From the NCBI GenBank assembly GCA_036172245.1, contig JAYWIR010000106.1:1-64000 (forward strand): a DNA stretch of 64,000 nt. The letters are read 5' to 3'. Each line of letters starts with the position of its first letter. Position 1 is the stretch's first letter. Origin of the DNA: Raillietiella orientalis (lineage: Eukaryota). Of the stretch, positions 35,201 to 50,767 are shown in pieces. The position numbers and the translations under genes were made by a program. The notes under the pieces are model-generated. The model saw only the letters and a list, made by a program, of their open reading frames with translations, ran no database searches and was not told the origin of the DNA.

Positions 35201-38200
35201 AATGATTTCATTCCTCCATAACTATTAGTACATCATAGAATTAGAAACAGATAGAATCAAAGAATTGATCTTTCAAATGATATCTTTTCATTTCAAATAT
35301 TCTGTGCAACATTTGTTCCAAGGAATGATCTGAACTCTCATCTTAATATTACTACGCCTTCTTTTTTTCACAGTGTGCAATGCAGGGATGGGGATACCAT
35401 GAGCAATGGGATAGGAAAAAGCACAGGAAGCGCGAATGCTTTCAAAATACAATCTTCTCATTTCCAAGTTTCAAGATGCGATTCTGATGAAGATGCCGAT
35501 GGCTTTTGAAATGGAAATTTCCGGATGCGTTGATGCCATTGGACGATGCGATAGCAGATCGAATGCGAAGCTAGTTAAAGAAAGTCCAGTTAAAGAACAG
35601 TTGTGCAGCTAATGCTATCCTCGATGGCATTTTAATTTAAGAATGAAAGACAACTGCAACTGAGAGTCTGATCAGAACGAATAAAGGAAAGAAGAATGCA
35701 TCAAGATAAAAGTCCAGGAGAAGACTTATGCAGCATAAAAGACTTGCTGTTATGGAAGAACCTGCCACGAGTAATCCAAAGCAAGTTTGAAGATGGATTC
35801 CGATGATGCACTTGCAATCCCATTTTCATTTTTGTAGCTTCGGTCTATCCCTAATATCCAGTGGACTTTCGGGAATCTTTTTGTGGAAAATTTTTATCGC
35901 ATTTCGTTCAGGAAACTTGCAAAAAATGCGAAATATCCGAATTCTCACAGCAGAGCAGGATCAAATTTGGTCCACTGAGAAAACACTCGTATGCATGGAA
36001 ACCATTTGCAATCAAAAGAGACAACTCTCCAAGTTCAACGATGGAGAAATATATTATCGGAATGGAGCAGCAGTGCACATCCCGAAGAGAGCTTCTGGAT
36101 TGAAATTCTGGGATTGATGGGCGTCGAAGCGGAACACCCATCATGTTAAACATGATGTCAAACATGATGAGTGTGCAAATCATCCCATCAATATCAATAA
36201 GTTTTTGCAGAGAGTGCTGAAACGCAAGTCCATGTCTCAAGTGGTAGATGCGGATTTTAGAGGACTCTTGAAACGTCATGGCACTAAGAACTGCCAAGAT
36301 GCATAGACAGCTTATTGCGATCCAAAATCACTTTGGTTTGTCAATTGGATTCCGATCATGAAAACCTGTAATTGTGCATTAGATCGGGTCTTCAAGTGTT
36401 TGTGTACTTTAAGTCCATTCAGTATTTCACAAAGTCGACACGAAGGTGACTTTTCACGAAGAGCATTTTGCAGCATCGGCCGAGTTTAGCTTCAGTTTGG
36501 AAACGACAAGTTCGCTCTTCTAAGGGACTCGAAGACAAGAGTTTTCAATAGATTTCATGCTTCCTTGATGACTGAAAAGAGCCAATTACGCTAAAAGGGC
36601 ATTAAGCACGAGAGGAGGCTCTGCTAAGATTCCAGGGGTATACTGGTATCTTAGCAAAATTTATCGACCTCGGCTCGAATCTTTCGCTGCTTCATGATGG
36701 TCAGATGGAAACGGCAGAGACCACAAAACAAAGAGGAAAGAGAAAATACGAAAACCAGGGAAAATGGAACAAGTTCCTTGGAGTAGCAGCAACAGGATCA
36801 ATGTTTTCGTGCTGGCTCCAACTCAGTGCAGATGCTTTCTCAACTTGAGCAGAATCTGGACTTTCAGCGAGCCATGCTGAGACATAACCTTTCAAAACAC
36901 GGAAGAAGCAGATTCGTTTGTTCCCCGTCTGCATATCAATGTACCGTAATTGATATACATGACGGCACTCGGATCTAGCGCAAATGCAAGCTGCATTGCG
37001 AGCTGCCTTCAGGCGTGACCTCCGTCTCACCAAATCCTGAGTATCCAGGACAAAATCCAAGAAAAACTCGCTATCGGTCTCGGAGTCGGTTTGAGGGGGC
37101 ACCAAGGTGCGACCGGGCTTGAATCACGTCGCTCTTTCTAGTTCATCCATAACACCCCTTGCATTTGCTTCGCCACCATATTTCCAGAATGCCGTCACCT
37201 CAACTCATCAACCTTCCGTGAACATAAGAATGCTGCTGGAGTTTCTTTGGATGCTGGTCGCAGATTTCCTCTTAGGTGTTCATCGACTGAGACTTCTTTA
37301 TGGAATATCTAACAACATCAAGTAGCTGATGATTGGAGAAAGAGTTGGCATGTGTCTTGAAAATTGTTTTTTCGATCTCTTCACGGATGTCTCAGTGCTT
37401 CCTCAACTTTTCAGGATTTCGTTTGAAACTCGTAAATCCAACACATTTTTGTTCCGCATTGGAAAAAGAGAATGCCCATGCAATGAATTTCCGTCTGTTC
37501 CAATATATCGGTACTTGCATTCGTCTGGAATGATGTTCGCAATGTTGGTACACAAAATGTGCATCACACATCTGTGAGATGCCCGTGAACTCAAGACAGT
37601 CTCCTGGACCTCATTTGAAAAATTGAAGTAATTTTGACAATTGCAAACTCTGGTGTAGGGAACAGATCTTGGCTCAGAAAACCGCTCCGTGTCAACTCAC
37701 TGGTTCGAATGGGACGGCGTGTCTCATTTCCTGATTTCCTTCGGAATTTCTCCAGATTTCCCTACAACTTGTTCCCTTTCCCTTAGAACCATTCATCAGG
37801 GTGATGAATTTAGGAAGTCGTTCCAAAATTTTCGTTTGTAATTTTCCTTAATGCTGTAGAGAGAAAAACTGTGCTGCCATTGAAGAGCTCGGAAAGAAAG
37901 GAGATGCGAACTTTGCAGTAATGAATGTAATTTTTGGAATGGTTAGTGAGACTCTGTAGGCCATAGAAGAAACGCACTGATATGCAAGAAGGATGTACAC
38001 TTGTTCTTGACGGAATCAATAAGTTACAAGAAGACGAGAGGATAATACCAAGGTGAGCTTCCGTTGTGGGTGATTTCACAAAATATGTAGATACTGTAAC
38101 ACGACTTCCTCCGATGCACGTGTGCCCAAACTTGACAGATCAGGTAGCACTCTAGATCAGTTGAGCAATGCTATTCGACCTGAAGGTATTTGACATGGTA

Positions 38201-38508
38201 ATTTGTAACTTGTTATAAATCACCAGCTATTCCAAAAGGTGCAGAGGATACTTTGACATTTGCTACACTTCACGTGCTGCACTATGCTTTACAAACTTAT
38301 GTTCCTTTCTTTGAGTGTGGTTACAGAAAAGCTTCAAGAAACAACACTTCCCATAGTGGCAGATCAGTCAGAAGGAATAATGAGAAAAGCTGATTTCAGT
38401 AAGTCAGATGTTGAAACACCAATTTGAGAGTAGAAGAATGGAGCAAACGTCATCAAAGCCACCCAACACCCTTCATTCAGCATAGAACTTGTAAGTTTAT
38501 TTGCGAAT

Positions 38509-39569
<1,061 letters not shown>

Positions 39570-42500
39570 TTTTCTGAAAAGAAACTGCTGAGAAGGAGGC
39601 ACATCCATCCGGACAGACGAAAAGAGCATTCGTGTGTACTTATCGGCAACATCCACACAACGAGAAAGCATCTTTCTTTTCTTCCAAAGGGCTCCACTGC
39701 TGAAGACTCACCAAGTCTGCGTATTTGTTGACGGACAGCCGAAAACCCACTTCTCCTCTCGCGTGTTTGTCGTTGTGTTCGTCGATTAGGCGCTTATTGC
39801 TCAAAAACACCGATCGTCTATGCCGTTCTTCTGCAGAGTTGCGGTACGATTTTTGGTGCGTGAGCTGAAACCAGAGAACAGGGGTTGCGTTTCACGAATG
39901 GTCAGGCAGCGAGAGGGCGGAAACCCCTTCCAGTCGGTCCCTATTTTAAAATAGCAGTCCCGCCGCGATTGCGTCGGTGTTCTCGGAGCAGCATCCGTCC
40001 CCATCAGCATTGAATGCCGACTATCTCCACCGAATCACTGCGGCGTCCATTAAGCGGATACCAGCGCTCGGCTTTCCATAGTTTGCCCTCTCCCCCACAA
40101 CCCCTGCGGAAGCATGGGGTTTCGCGTGCCGTCTGAGCGCCCAATCGGTTCCCGGATACGGAAACGACACAAATCTCACCGTTTCGCCTCTCGTACGGAA
40201 CGGCTGGCTTTAGTGGCAGCGCTCCCCTCTGTACGGTACTACGTTCGCTTCCCCCTTGCAGCGGGCGTTGCATGCATTGCAAAAGCCGACAGAAAAATAC
40301 GTTCTAAAAATTTCACTCTTCTACACTCTTTTTCCTTTCGTTCAGTTCATGGCCATAGGCAGTTGACCGCTCTTGACATTCGCAAGTTCAAAGTAACGCA
40401 TTGTCCACGGCGCTGTCAGAGGTCCTCTTAGCTCACCTTAAAGTGTAACCACTCCTCCCTGGAAGCGGATGCAATGGTTACCAATAGAGGGAAGGCCAGG
40501 AGCAAGACTGCAGAGTACTTCATCTTCGCGAGGAGCTCTGAAATGACAAGGAAATCCTTCTGCCAAATTGGTCTGCAGTTCCCGCCTATTAATATCCTTT
40601 GCCGATGTCGAGGACGTGCTTATCAGGGAGCAGGTGTCCTCCTGAAGAGATAATTTACAAATTTAAAATCCGTAATCTTCAAGTATCTCAAGCAGATGGA
40701 AAGTCGTGGCTTCATCGTGAGATACGCACGATTAAAAGGATGTTTTGTGGTAACCCTCCTTTTGTCATTTCTCGTGCAGGGGTCGATTCACAACCATCAC
40801 CTTGACTCGATGCAATCCTTCAGACCCAAGCGTGAGCGCGCGGGTGTTTGCAGTGAGCTGCGTTCAAAAAAGGCACACAACAGAAGTTGCTTCCGGAACT
40901 CTTGCACACTCTTTCGCTCTTTCCATTGAGGCAACCAAACGCGCAATGAATTCCCAATCACTCTGGTGCTGCTGCGCTGACCTCTCTGCTGCAAATTCCT
41001 ATTGACATACTGAGAAATCGCACGAGGAACCCCCATTACCAGAAATGTGGAATGCACACAGTAGAACGTGCACACGAAGGTTGGTCAGGAGAGCGAGAAC
41101 CTTATGCGTGCCTCAACGGGGAAGGCGGCGGTGAAATTGAACGATTCCTTTATGAACTGACGTTGGCGGGCAGGAAAGCCGCACTTTCGGGACTTCTTTT
41201 CAGATGCATGGAGAGGGCTCGCAGAACGCGACTTTCAATCCCTCCTTTGCCTCCGTAGCCTGTGGCTTGAGCACGGTGGACAGCAGACATTTTAGAAATT
41301 TTTTCGCTGCCTTAGGACCTTGGGCATCGAGGTTATCCTCTGCACCTCGATGCTTCCGGTTTTCTGGCTTTCGGCGTGCAATTGATATTCGCTTCCTGCT
41401 TTCCAATTCTCTTCTGATTCACTTGATGCACCGGACATTTGTGCTTTGCGATCTTTGCCAAATTGCCTTCTGTGCCTGAGGGAACCCTTTGGCCAGTTCT
41501 TCGTCCCAAAACGTCTCTCCTGTAGATTTGCCATACTACATAGCGGTTCCAGGATCAAGTGGTGTATGGACGAAGTTTGCGTTCTTCCACTCTACCCCAC
41601 AAAGATGGGGTCAACGATTAGGATGCTGCGACAGACGCACTGATCTGTTTCGAAGCTGAGGATGCTGGGAGTGCTATGGTGCGTGATGCGTCCAAGCAAA
41701 GAGCATAATGAATGTCGGAGATTTCTCAAAAGCTGAAGGAATTATTCGTATGCCAAACGATGAACTCTCCATAATTTTGAAAACTAGGACGGTAGAGTTT
41801 TCAAAGGAAGAAATGCGCAAGTTCAGTGTTGCCAGCGCAGTCGACATTGCTGGGTCACTTCTACTCATGACTTCCGCCTGAATTAGACAAGCGAGTCGAA
41901 TCCAGAGAGACTGTTAGAAGAATCAGTTATGCGTTGCGTTGGTTTTCGTAGATACAGCGATGGAAAGACACTGTCATTCCAAGGTGTCCACATGTCATTC
42001 TTGTCCTTTGAAGAAGCCTTTGCGGGCTGCGCGCACTTTTTCGTCGCATTCTGACCTTTGAAGATAACGGAAGCGCGATGAGTTCAGTTCACGTCATAAC
42101 GAAGGGTAATAGCAACATGTGGTTGGATTTCCACGGTTATCAACCAGAGTACGTCATATGTGCTCGCTACTATCCCAGTAAGAAATGCGTTCCTATCATA
42201 AAAGAAACGTTGCTCGTCTAAAAGAGTTTCTCTCTTGTTTCTGAGTTAGCAATGGAAGGGTTCTCAATTGAATCGAAGAGAGGATTGTTTCTAGGTGACG
42301 ATTGAGGTCAATGGCACAGTTTCAACAGCAAATGTCAACACTTTTATCAATAAAGACTTCCCAATGGTTCATGCAGCTCACCAGTCCTGGAACGAACTCT
42401 TTCCTTCCGACTTGCCCTTGCAAAGTGGTTGACCGCCAGGGAGAAGAAAAAATCTTTCCTGAAAACATAGAGCAGTTGCTTGCTATTCCTTTCTTCGCCT

Positions 42501-45119
42501 TTGCATCTTCTTCAGCATCAGTGTCTCCGGTAGAGAACGATGTATTAGAACCAGAGGACAATTGTTTGGAAGATGGCAGAAAAGACATCAGGCATGGGAA
42601 GAAAAGTTGCTGCTGTGACCGAATGGGTGAAAGTTTGGGCATAACTTGCTGTAGTCGCCTGCAAGAAATGATAACTAAGTGTTAGCTGCGGAAACATTCC
42701 ATCAAAGTGCTTGTTTCTCCAAAAAGACGAGATTTCATGTCCGAATGTGCATTTCCATAGTCGCGTGATGTAGCAGGATCTCTGCGAGCTGGCCGGCTGG
42801 TTAGCTGACTGTGACGTCCACGTGTTTGCGCAGCCACTCGGTCCACGACAGTGCCTCCGCATTCCCCCTGTCAACGCTTGATGGTACCTTTCTGTATTCG
42901 TAAGAGGATTCTCCTTGCTTACTTCACGTTCTCTGATTTCTTCAAAGAATTGCCACGAATCTGAAGATGAATCTCGAAGTCAGAGTTTAGGGATTTGCGT
43001 CCAAATCTGCTGACAACTTTCGCCACTGCCGGTTCGTAGCGCGAGGTCACTCATCATGCTGCTCAGCAAATTTCGTTTTTCCATCTGAAGGCGCACATCA
43101 CTGATGCTAAGGGTTGACGGTGATTGAGGCCACCTCTTCTGGTCCTTGCCGAATTCTTTCAGATTCTTGGATCCACGTCACGCAGACTGCTTTCAGCTGC
43201 GGAGCATTGCGTTCCCCTGGCGGTCAGAAGATTCACTGACGTTCTCTTCGCAGGTCCGCGGACTGTCTCCCTGGAATCCCGGTCGCTCTTCTGCTGTCCG
43301 GGTAGCGGGGTAGCGACGATGGAGTTCTCTCGCTGTGCTTCTAGTGTATCAGGATTCCAGACTCCCCGATGCACGAACGCTGCCCCTAGTTTTCGGCGAT
43401 CCAAAGTCATGGGCGCACCTTCGCTCTTACGGAAAAGACAGGTCGCATTTCTTATGGAGCCGTCCGACCTACTCCAGAAAATGTATCTTTCTTCTTTGGA
43501 GGAAAGGCAAACTTTTGTTAGCCACTGCGAAAGATGCACGTCGTGTTTCCCTTCTCGGACGAACAACACCCATCCTCGATCTACCACCACTGGATTTTCG
43601 AACTTCAGCAGCATACCCGCACTCCGCTGGTGCTTCGCAGTTTTAGAGCTTTCCTACGGCCGCCACTGCGCTCTATGCTGTCCAACAGGGCTGTTGCGGC
43701 TTTTGAGTTGACTGTGAGACCTCTCTGTCCTCCCGAGTGGCTCTCGATAAAGGGAAATACTTGGGAGTTCTGCATTTGTTTCTTTGTTCCAGCTGTTCGG
43801 TGGGGTGAGGAAGAGTTCTCTTTTTTTTCATCGTTGAGAGGTGAGGAACCGTTCTACCTACTTGAGGGAAACTTCGACACCGTCACTGGAGGATGCTTTC
43901 TGATTCTTCAAGTTCCAGGTGGTGGTATCTCCGGAGGCACTAACCCATAAATGCAAGACTGCTCCTGCGGAAGAAGGCTGTTGCTCTTACGTCTGGGAGC
44001 GAACGCCAAAAGGAACCCTCTTCCCCGGTCTTCTTCGAAGAGAACTCCCGTGAAAACTACCTGTGCCAGGCCACCGACTCGGGCAGTGTGAATGACTGTG
44101 TATTGGAAACTATCACGAGAGCTCAATTCATCTGTGCCTTCGATGCTCTCTGCAGTGGTTCCACGTGTATGCTGGTCACAGGATGTCATCCAACAAGGAG
44201 GACACGTGCGGCCACTCAGAAAGCGCGTAGAAGAGGACACTTTCGTGGAAAGGACTGTCCACTTGCTATAAGCCTCAACAGTTCTTGCATCAGAACAACA
44301 GATCGGTTGCTGAAAGCCGAAGAATTCGGTTTGCTTCGAGACGAAAGCCAGTGACCTCAATCGGTGGTTTGGTCAGCATCTCTGCAGGTAAGACAGCTGC
44401 AGATGCGTAGTTTGTGAAAGACGGACGTTGTGCTGGTTGACGACTGGCATTCACCGTGCAAAATCCATCAAAGTTTTCGTAATCCTGATACCATCCTTGC
44501 TGTTCCTTTTGAAGTTGCCATGTTGCTTCCTGCAGGCTGGCTGGCAGGAACCGCGCCAGGTTTCCCTAGCCTCACTGCGCATCAGTTAGCTAGACCTCAT
44601 GCGATGCCCATCCATCATCAGCTTCCCGTTCGGGCGAATAGCTCCTGAAGCTGCTGAAGTGTTTTTTTCCGGTTCTCGGAGCAGAGTCCAGGCTGCCAGC
44701 CGAAACCCTTCATTGCAGCTGCAAGAGTGACGGTGGCTGCCACTCTCTCCAGCTCCAGAGGGCGTACAGCCGTTAGCACAGTGCGAACGGGCAACTAGGA
44801 AAGAAATTTGCGCAACGCGCCTGCCTCATGAAACGACGCGCGCCCAACTGACACGCACGCACGCGCGCACACGCGCTTGAACTCTTCGCCAGCATATTCC
44901 CCTCAGGGACTGCAGAATTCTTCAGCATAGGATTCCTAGCGAAGTTTCCGTCGAAGGAGAGAGCAAGGATTCCTTCGGAAGGGAAGTGGATGCTCTGCTC
45001 CTGCCATCTGCAGGCAGTGTCCACTTCCCCTTCCGCAGGTGCTTATCCCAATACCCGAAGATTAGAAAAAAGAAACACACATGCCTATTCTCCACAGGTT
45101 AGCGTACAAATTCTTGGTT

Positions 45120-46010
45120 ATTCCTATTGATTATTAGTAGCAGAAACATTATTGGAAAACACATTCATTAAGGTTAAGTGACAGAGTCCATTTATCAAAT
45201 GTACACGTAGTTGAAGTGTGTGTACAAGATTATAAATACATATACAGACAAATAGATGCGTTTATTTCATGCGTAGAGTATAAACATCCATATTGATCCA
45301 CTAATTATATAAGATGCATGGATATACATACCCAATGAATGGATACATTGCTACGAAATGGATATATATACATATGTACTCGACGAACACACATTCATAA
45401 TAAAGGAGCACATATATATAGTGGATGAACATGCATATGTAGTTAATGAACATAAATATCATAAATAAATGTAAACGTAATAAACGATTAGACATAGAAT
45501 CAATGAATAATAAATATGGATATTTGAAATATAAAACTAACTGTGACCAAAATGGTGAGGACAAACAAAAACCAAACAAATTCACAAAACTTAACAAAAA
45601 AAATGGATTAATGAAAACGTGTATTCTAAAGCTGCATGTACACATACACATACATACACACACGGATTTACCTATTCATTATAATCTTGTTCAGATATAT
45701 TGTTCAGTTATTAATTTTAATGTAAATATATGCGCATGAATATGTACGTTTTTATTAGTTTTCGTATACATTCATGTATATAGAAATGTATATGATGACC
45801 TCATACAACTATGTTTCATAATGTTCCGTGTGTTTACGGATAATATAATCTGCATCGTATCTATTACAATAATAAAAATAGGATAATTAATTACAGGAAA
45901 CGGTATTACTGTTAATGATGTGAAAGCTAACAAACTGAATGACTGCGTGTATGAAAACGAATGTGTATATGAATACACGTACACTGAGCGTATGTGTATT
46001 TTCTTTTTCT
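45120..46010. repeat. AT-rich low-complexity block (TA/CA/TG-rich)
   Basis: Abrupt drop in GC content, with degenerate atat, acac and gtat runs. Confidence 0.7.
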
Positions 46011-47689
46011 GAGTTCTCGGGATCTCCGAGCATCCGATTCGCGGACCAAAGTCCCGTTCCATACCAAGAACTCTCCTCCAGGGAGTGCACTTTACCCCCG
46101 AGAAAGGAAGGACGCTGGCGCTTCCGTCCAGCCCTTCTGCGAAGAAGGAGTCGTCGTCCCCAAACGATCGTCCTTCAGGTCCAACAGCCTCGGAGCTGTC
46201 CACGGAGACTTCTGCTGTCTAACCGAATTCCTCTCCCACCAGGTCCGAAGGACTGCATCCAGGGGCGATGCAGTTCGGCCCGCCGAAGAAGAGATTGTTT
46301 GGGAGCAGTGCCTCCGGCATAGAGGATCTCCCGGACATCCCGGTGCAGTCCCAAATCCCGTCATATCCTTCGGCGTGACTCTTCGGCGGCTGTTCGGAGA
46401 CTCTGACGTGCCGAAAAACGGTGCCAATACTCGTGTGGGAGAGCGCCGAAGGAGTGTCACCGCTACGGGAAGGCGAGGACCGCGACGCACGCGCGCCTGT
46501 GACGCAGGAGGGATGGAAGGGCGTTGCCGAGGAGGCGATCCAGCTTCCTATAGGCCTTGTCCACGAAAGAGGTGGAACGGTTACCTCCTAGGTGGCGATT
46601 GACCACAGCGTGCAGCTGGCAGGGGCTCCCTTAATGGGTCAGCGGAGCTGCGATCGCCTTCTCCTGTCAGAGAACGGCAGCGAAATGTGGGATGTGAGTT
46701 CCAAGGTCCTCGGTGCGCATACTGAGCACCGTGATGCAGTCCACTCCATTTCCTATGTAATCATCCAATCATAGGTACTACCAAGTTTTTGTCCCTAGTG
46801 GGGGAAGTCCCTTTGGTTTCGAGCCGGCTCGCATCCCCCTTTCCCTTACCGCACCAATCCGATTAATTTCGCGTGAAGAAATGGTACAGCCATTCGAGAT
46901 GAGAAAGTGCCACTGTTCAGTGGCCTCCAGCGCACATCGGTGCAACGAGCGTTGCAACAAGTAATCCTGAATCCGAATTTAAGATTTGTTGGCGCCGAAC
47001 CAGGATTCCGGCCAGGGAGTCCTGACTTCCCCGGGAATTCCCCGTGGTGCGGCCACGCATGCCTCATCTTCGAAAGGTGCACCGGCAGCAAAGGGTCGCT
47101 CTGGATGCTGTACCGGTTACAGAAATTGGCTTCACCCTGAGCAACTCGCCTCCCTCCTGAAAGGCCAACCATCGATCTCCTGCCATTCCCTGGAGTGCAC
47201 TTCTTGGAGGCAGCAGGAGGTCGTGGCTTTCGGCCTGGGCGCCCACGAATGCGGCCAGCGGAGCCTCAACCCATGCGACTCTTCTTCAGACATGCTTTGA
47301 AAGAGGTACTGGGGACCAGAATTTGCGGAGCCTGGTCACCACATCTCTTTCCACAGTGCCATCTACCCTGAGGCGATCAACGACGGCTGTTCCTCCTGCC
47401 CGGCCAATTGTGTGCTGTACAGAGCCATCGCAGGAGAGAGAAGTCAGGCTGGGTAGGCTTGCACACTCCACTGCGCATCGTCTTCGTCGAAAGACCCGCT
47501 CGGCGTGTCCTCAGAAGAAGTACCCTTGTTCCTTCCCCTTTGTAGAGTCACTGCAGTGCTCCGCTATGGTGGAAACAAGAAGTTCTGCAGTTTCTGCGCT
47601 GGAGCTTTCAGCAAAACTAGCGCAGGCACCTGGTATCTGCCGAAGGTGTGTCACCAAGCTGCTTGAGATGCGAGTGCTTTGGCATCGTT

Positions 47690-47971
47690 CCTGAACCTTG
47701 TGATGGACTGCGGCAGTCTTGAAGAAGCGTGGAGGATAGCGTCTTCAGCACTCTGGCATCATGGGGAGATCGCGAAGTACCGGCTGCGAAGATTACTCGC
47801 ACGTGGAGGACTCTCGGCAGAAGCCGTTGTGGCGACATCATCGCGGTCCACTCGAAAAACCCCATTCCAGTCTTCACCTTCCCTCCCCTTCGTTTTTATC
47901 TATTCATTTGGGAACTGGTTTCGCATTTATGTTTATAGAACTGTTCTCTAAATATCCCGGCGTCGTCGGGT
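47690..47971 (+). mobile_element. Probable LINE 3' end (a decayed element may extend back to ~46000)
   Basis: Pyrimidine-rich tail ending in taaatat-cccgg-cgtcg-tcgggt, the same hairpin type as at 3008. The coding remnant resembles 16590-16700. Confidence 0.45.
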
Positions 47972-50767
47972 TCAGTCACGTTGTGCCCACCTCCCGCTGT
48001 TTGCTCCCCTAAGCTGTTAACCCTTTGTGTGCAGAGCGCATCAGATTTTAGTGTTCTGCGTGGACGGCACGCGACCAGTGTTGCCATCTCTGTAGACGGA
48101 GTGTTCTATCTCGTACCGTGTGTTCTATCGAGTGCTGCTTAAAGCCACCATCGGAATCGTTTATCTACACCACATCATACAAAATATTTTAATTTTTGCC
48201 AAACACATGTTGCCTATTTGAAATTTTTCATCATAATGCCAATAGAAGCAATAATTCCTTTGGGTGCAATGCAATATAATAAATTCCATACGATTTCTGT
48301 AGTCCCACGAGGGTGGGATCATTCGATCTTCTACTCTTTCACTCCACAGTCACGTAAGTTATGTACGACACACAGCTATGCAACTATGCTATTCTCGGTG
48401 TTTCAGAGAGGTGATCGAAAAACCGAGCATCGTTAGCCGATCAAAGTGGCATTTTGTTTACTTCTTTGTGTGCAAGCGAATCATAAGAACGTAAGTGTAT
48501 GCGTGCATTTCAAACATGGATGGTGTTAAATGACGTCAGGAGCACAAGATGAAAGCATTTGCCAGGTGCGTCCATAGCACTCGAGGATATCACGAAGGAA
48601 TTTCAGTTAGGCAGGTGAAAGCGCTGGACCAACTGCAACGTATGCCTTGCATGCTGCAAAACCGTGAGGTGTGCATCGGAAACTTTTGGGCTCTTCCCCG
48701 AAGCTGTGAGAAGGTTCACTGTGAATTTGAAAAAGAGAGAGAGAGCTGCGCGCTGCTTACAGATAAGAGGAGGCCGTCCGTCCGGCAAACTAAAACTTCT
48801 CCATTCCTATCTCTTTAATTGATACGTACTGCTTCCGTTCTCCGCGTTTCTGGGTCGTCGGAAACACTTTGTCTCGCCAAGTGTTCCCTGTTGCCAACGT
48901 TTTGGAGTGCCTCTCCAATCCTTTAAAGGGAAACGAACGTCAGCAAATCAGATAATCCCTCCATTCAATCCATTCTGGTCATGCAGGGTCTCCTGCTTAC
49001 GATAAGCTCTCTTTGGAAGGCGGTAGGCGTGCCTCGAAGTTAACCCAACTCCAGCGGAATTATCTGAGCAGCCATAGGCTCGAGGGTTTTCAGCACGCGC
49101 GTCTCACTGCCTGTTGCTGCTATATACGGTTTCCCGAGCTTGCATCTACTCTTTCACTGAGCATTCAAAAGTGCTCATTCAAGGAGTGGCGGGGGATGGA
49201 GTCTACAGCCTCTGCTAAGGCCGCGAAGCGTTCCGAGTTGGCATCGATCTTACTCCGTTACCTTCAGCACTGCTGAGGAATGATGTGGATAGGAGTGGAA
49301 AATGAGGAACCCAAAGATCCGTTTGTGAGCACTTGTGAAATTCTGAGACTTCAGCAAGTACCCACAAACCGTCGTGTGTGGTCTGGTGTGTCGCTCTGCG
49401 TCGTTTCGTGCTGGAGCTTCACTGTGATCACGTCAATTCCTTTCCGAGCTTTGACATAGTCGCGGGCAGCACATCCGCACGTCGATTTGCTTTCCATCCG
49501 AGTTCCGCGAGATCCACGAAGCCGAAGGAGGGAAGACGCAGCCTGCCTACGGCACTCAGGCGATGTCATGTTGCTCATCTACAAATCCAGTACTCTTCTC
49601 GATAGGTAATGGGTGCTGCACCGGTGGATGCAATCTCCAATGGATATATGTCTCCTGTTGCCGATGTGATTCTCGAAAGTCTTTTGGTCCAATGAGAATC
49701 GTCTGTGCACGTTTTCGTGTTTTCAGTTCTTGTTTATCTCAAATAAAGTAAGCGTTCGAACTCGTCTTTATTTCTTCTGAGGTCTCCAATTTCTGTCCTA
49801 TTTGGCAAAGTCAGTAGTAAAGGATTTGATGGAAAAATGGTTCCACGAGAAATCATTCCCTTTCAGGTAATTAGATTACTAGATTGAGAACATTTTTCCT
49901 TTTGAAAAGTACATCATTATTGGCTGAAATTCCCTACTTATTCTCGAGGTTTCCCTTGGAAGCGTTTCCTAAGCAAATACTACCTCAACTGCCGCAAGAG
50001 GAAGTTTGCCAAATTGAATAATGCATAGGAGTAACAGATATTTAAAACGCATGAGTGAATTTTTGCAACTGGCACACGGTTTTTGCGAACATGAGTAAAT
50101 CAATTTGGACGATGTCGCGATGGTTAAATAATTATGAACTTTGGATATTTTTGTCTCAGTTTATGGATAATTTCGACATGAATATACATCTGCAGTCCGT
50201 AAAAAATAGTTACGATTTGAATGAAAAGGGTTCTTGAAACTCATTAGATTTCAAAGCCAAGAGAAAAGGAATGGAAACTGAGTTTTTAAGAATTGTAGTT
50301 CTTGTATAGTTTTGCTTTAGAAAATTGTAATTGCATGTACTCAGAAGGAAAGCTTGCTGCTTTCTATATTCAGCTCATTCGATTTTATTACTTAAATTTC
50401 TTCGTTAGGTGAATGTTGAATCACATTTTCCGGCTGGAGCTCCAGTTAGAGGATTATGTACTGACTTTAGAGTACGAAGAAAGCTGGAAACTGCCTTTAC
50501 TAGACGGAAATACCGAATTGGTTTGATTAGGAATTCGATTCGTCAGCTTTCAGAAAATTCACGATTTGATCAGGTCATGCATAAAACTGAAATGGACTAT
50601 GCTTTTATGAGATCAGTTCTGCAAAGTACTTGGATTTCTCTAATTAGTATTCGTCTTGTATCTTTTATCGATGTAGCTAATGTGGCACCCCTACCATTGT
50701 TTAAACTGCTTGTTGCGGAAAGTGGAATCCGTGTGCGGTTGTAATGCTTGATTGAAAAGCATGAAAC

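Noticed and set aside
32300..38400. Short ORFs and possible decayed transposase or exon pieces
   Set aside because: I could not identify a motif or a consistent exon chain.
40000..45000. Coding-like minus-strand stretches (e.g. 43159..43614, 42322..42642)
   Set aside because: Interrupted by stops and with no recognisable family. Possibly a pseudogene; left uncalled.
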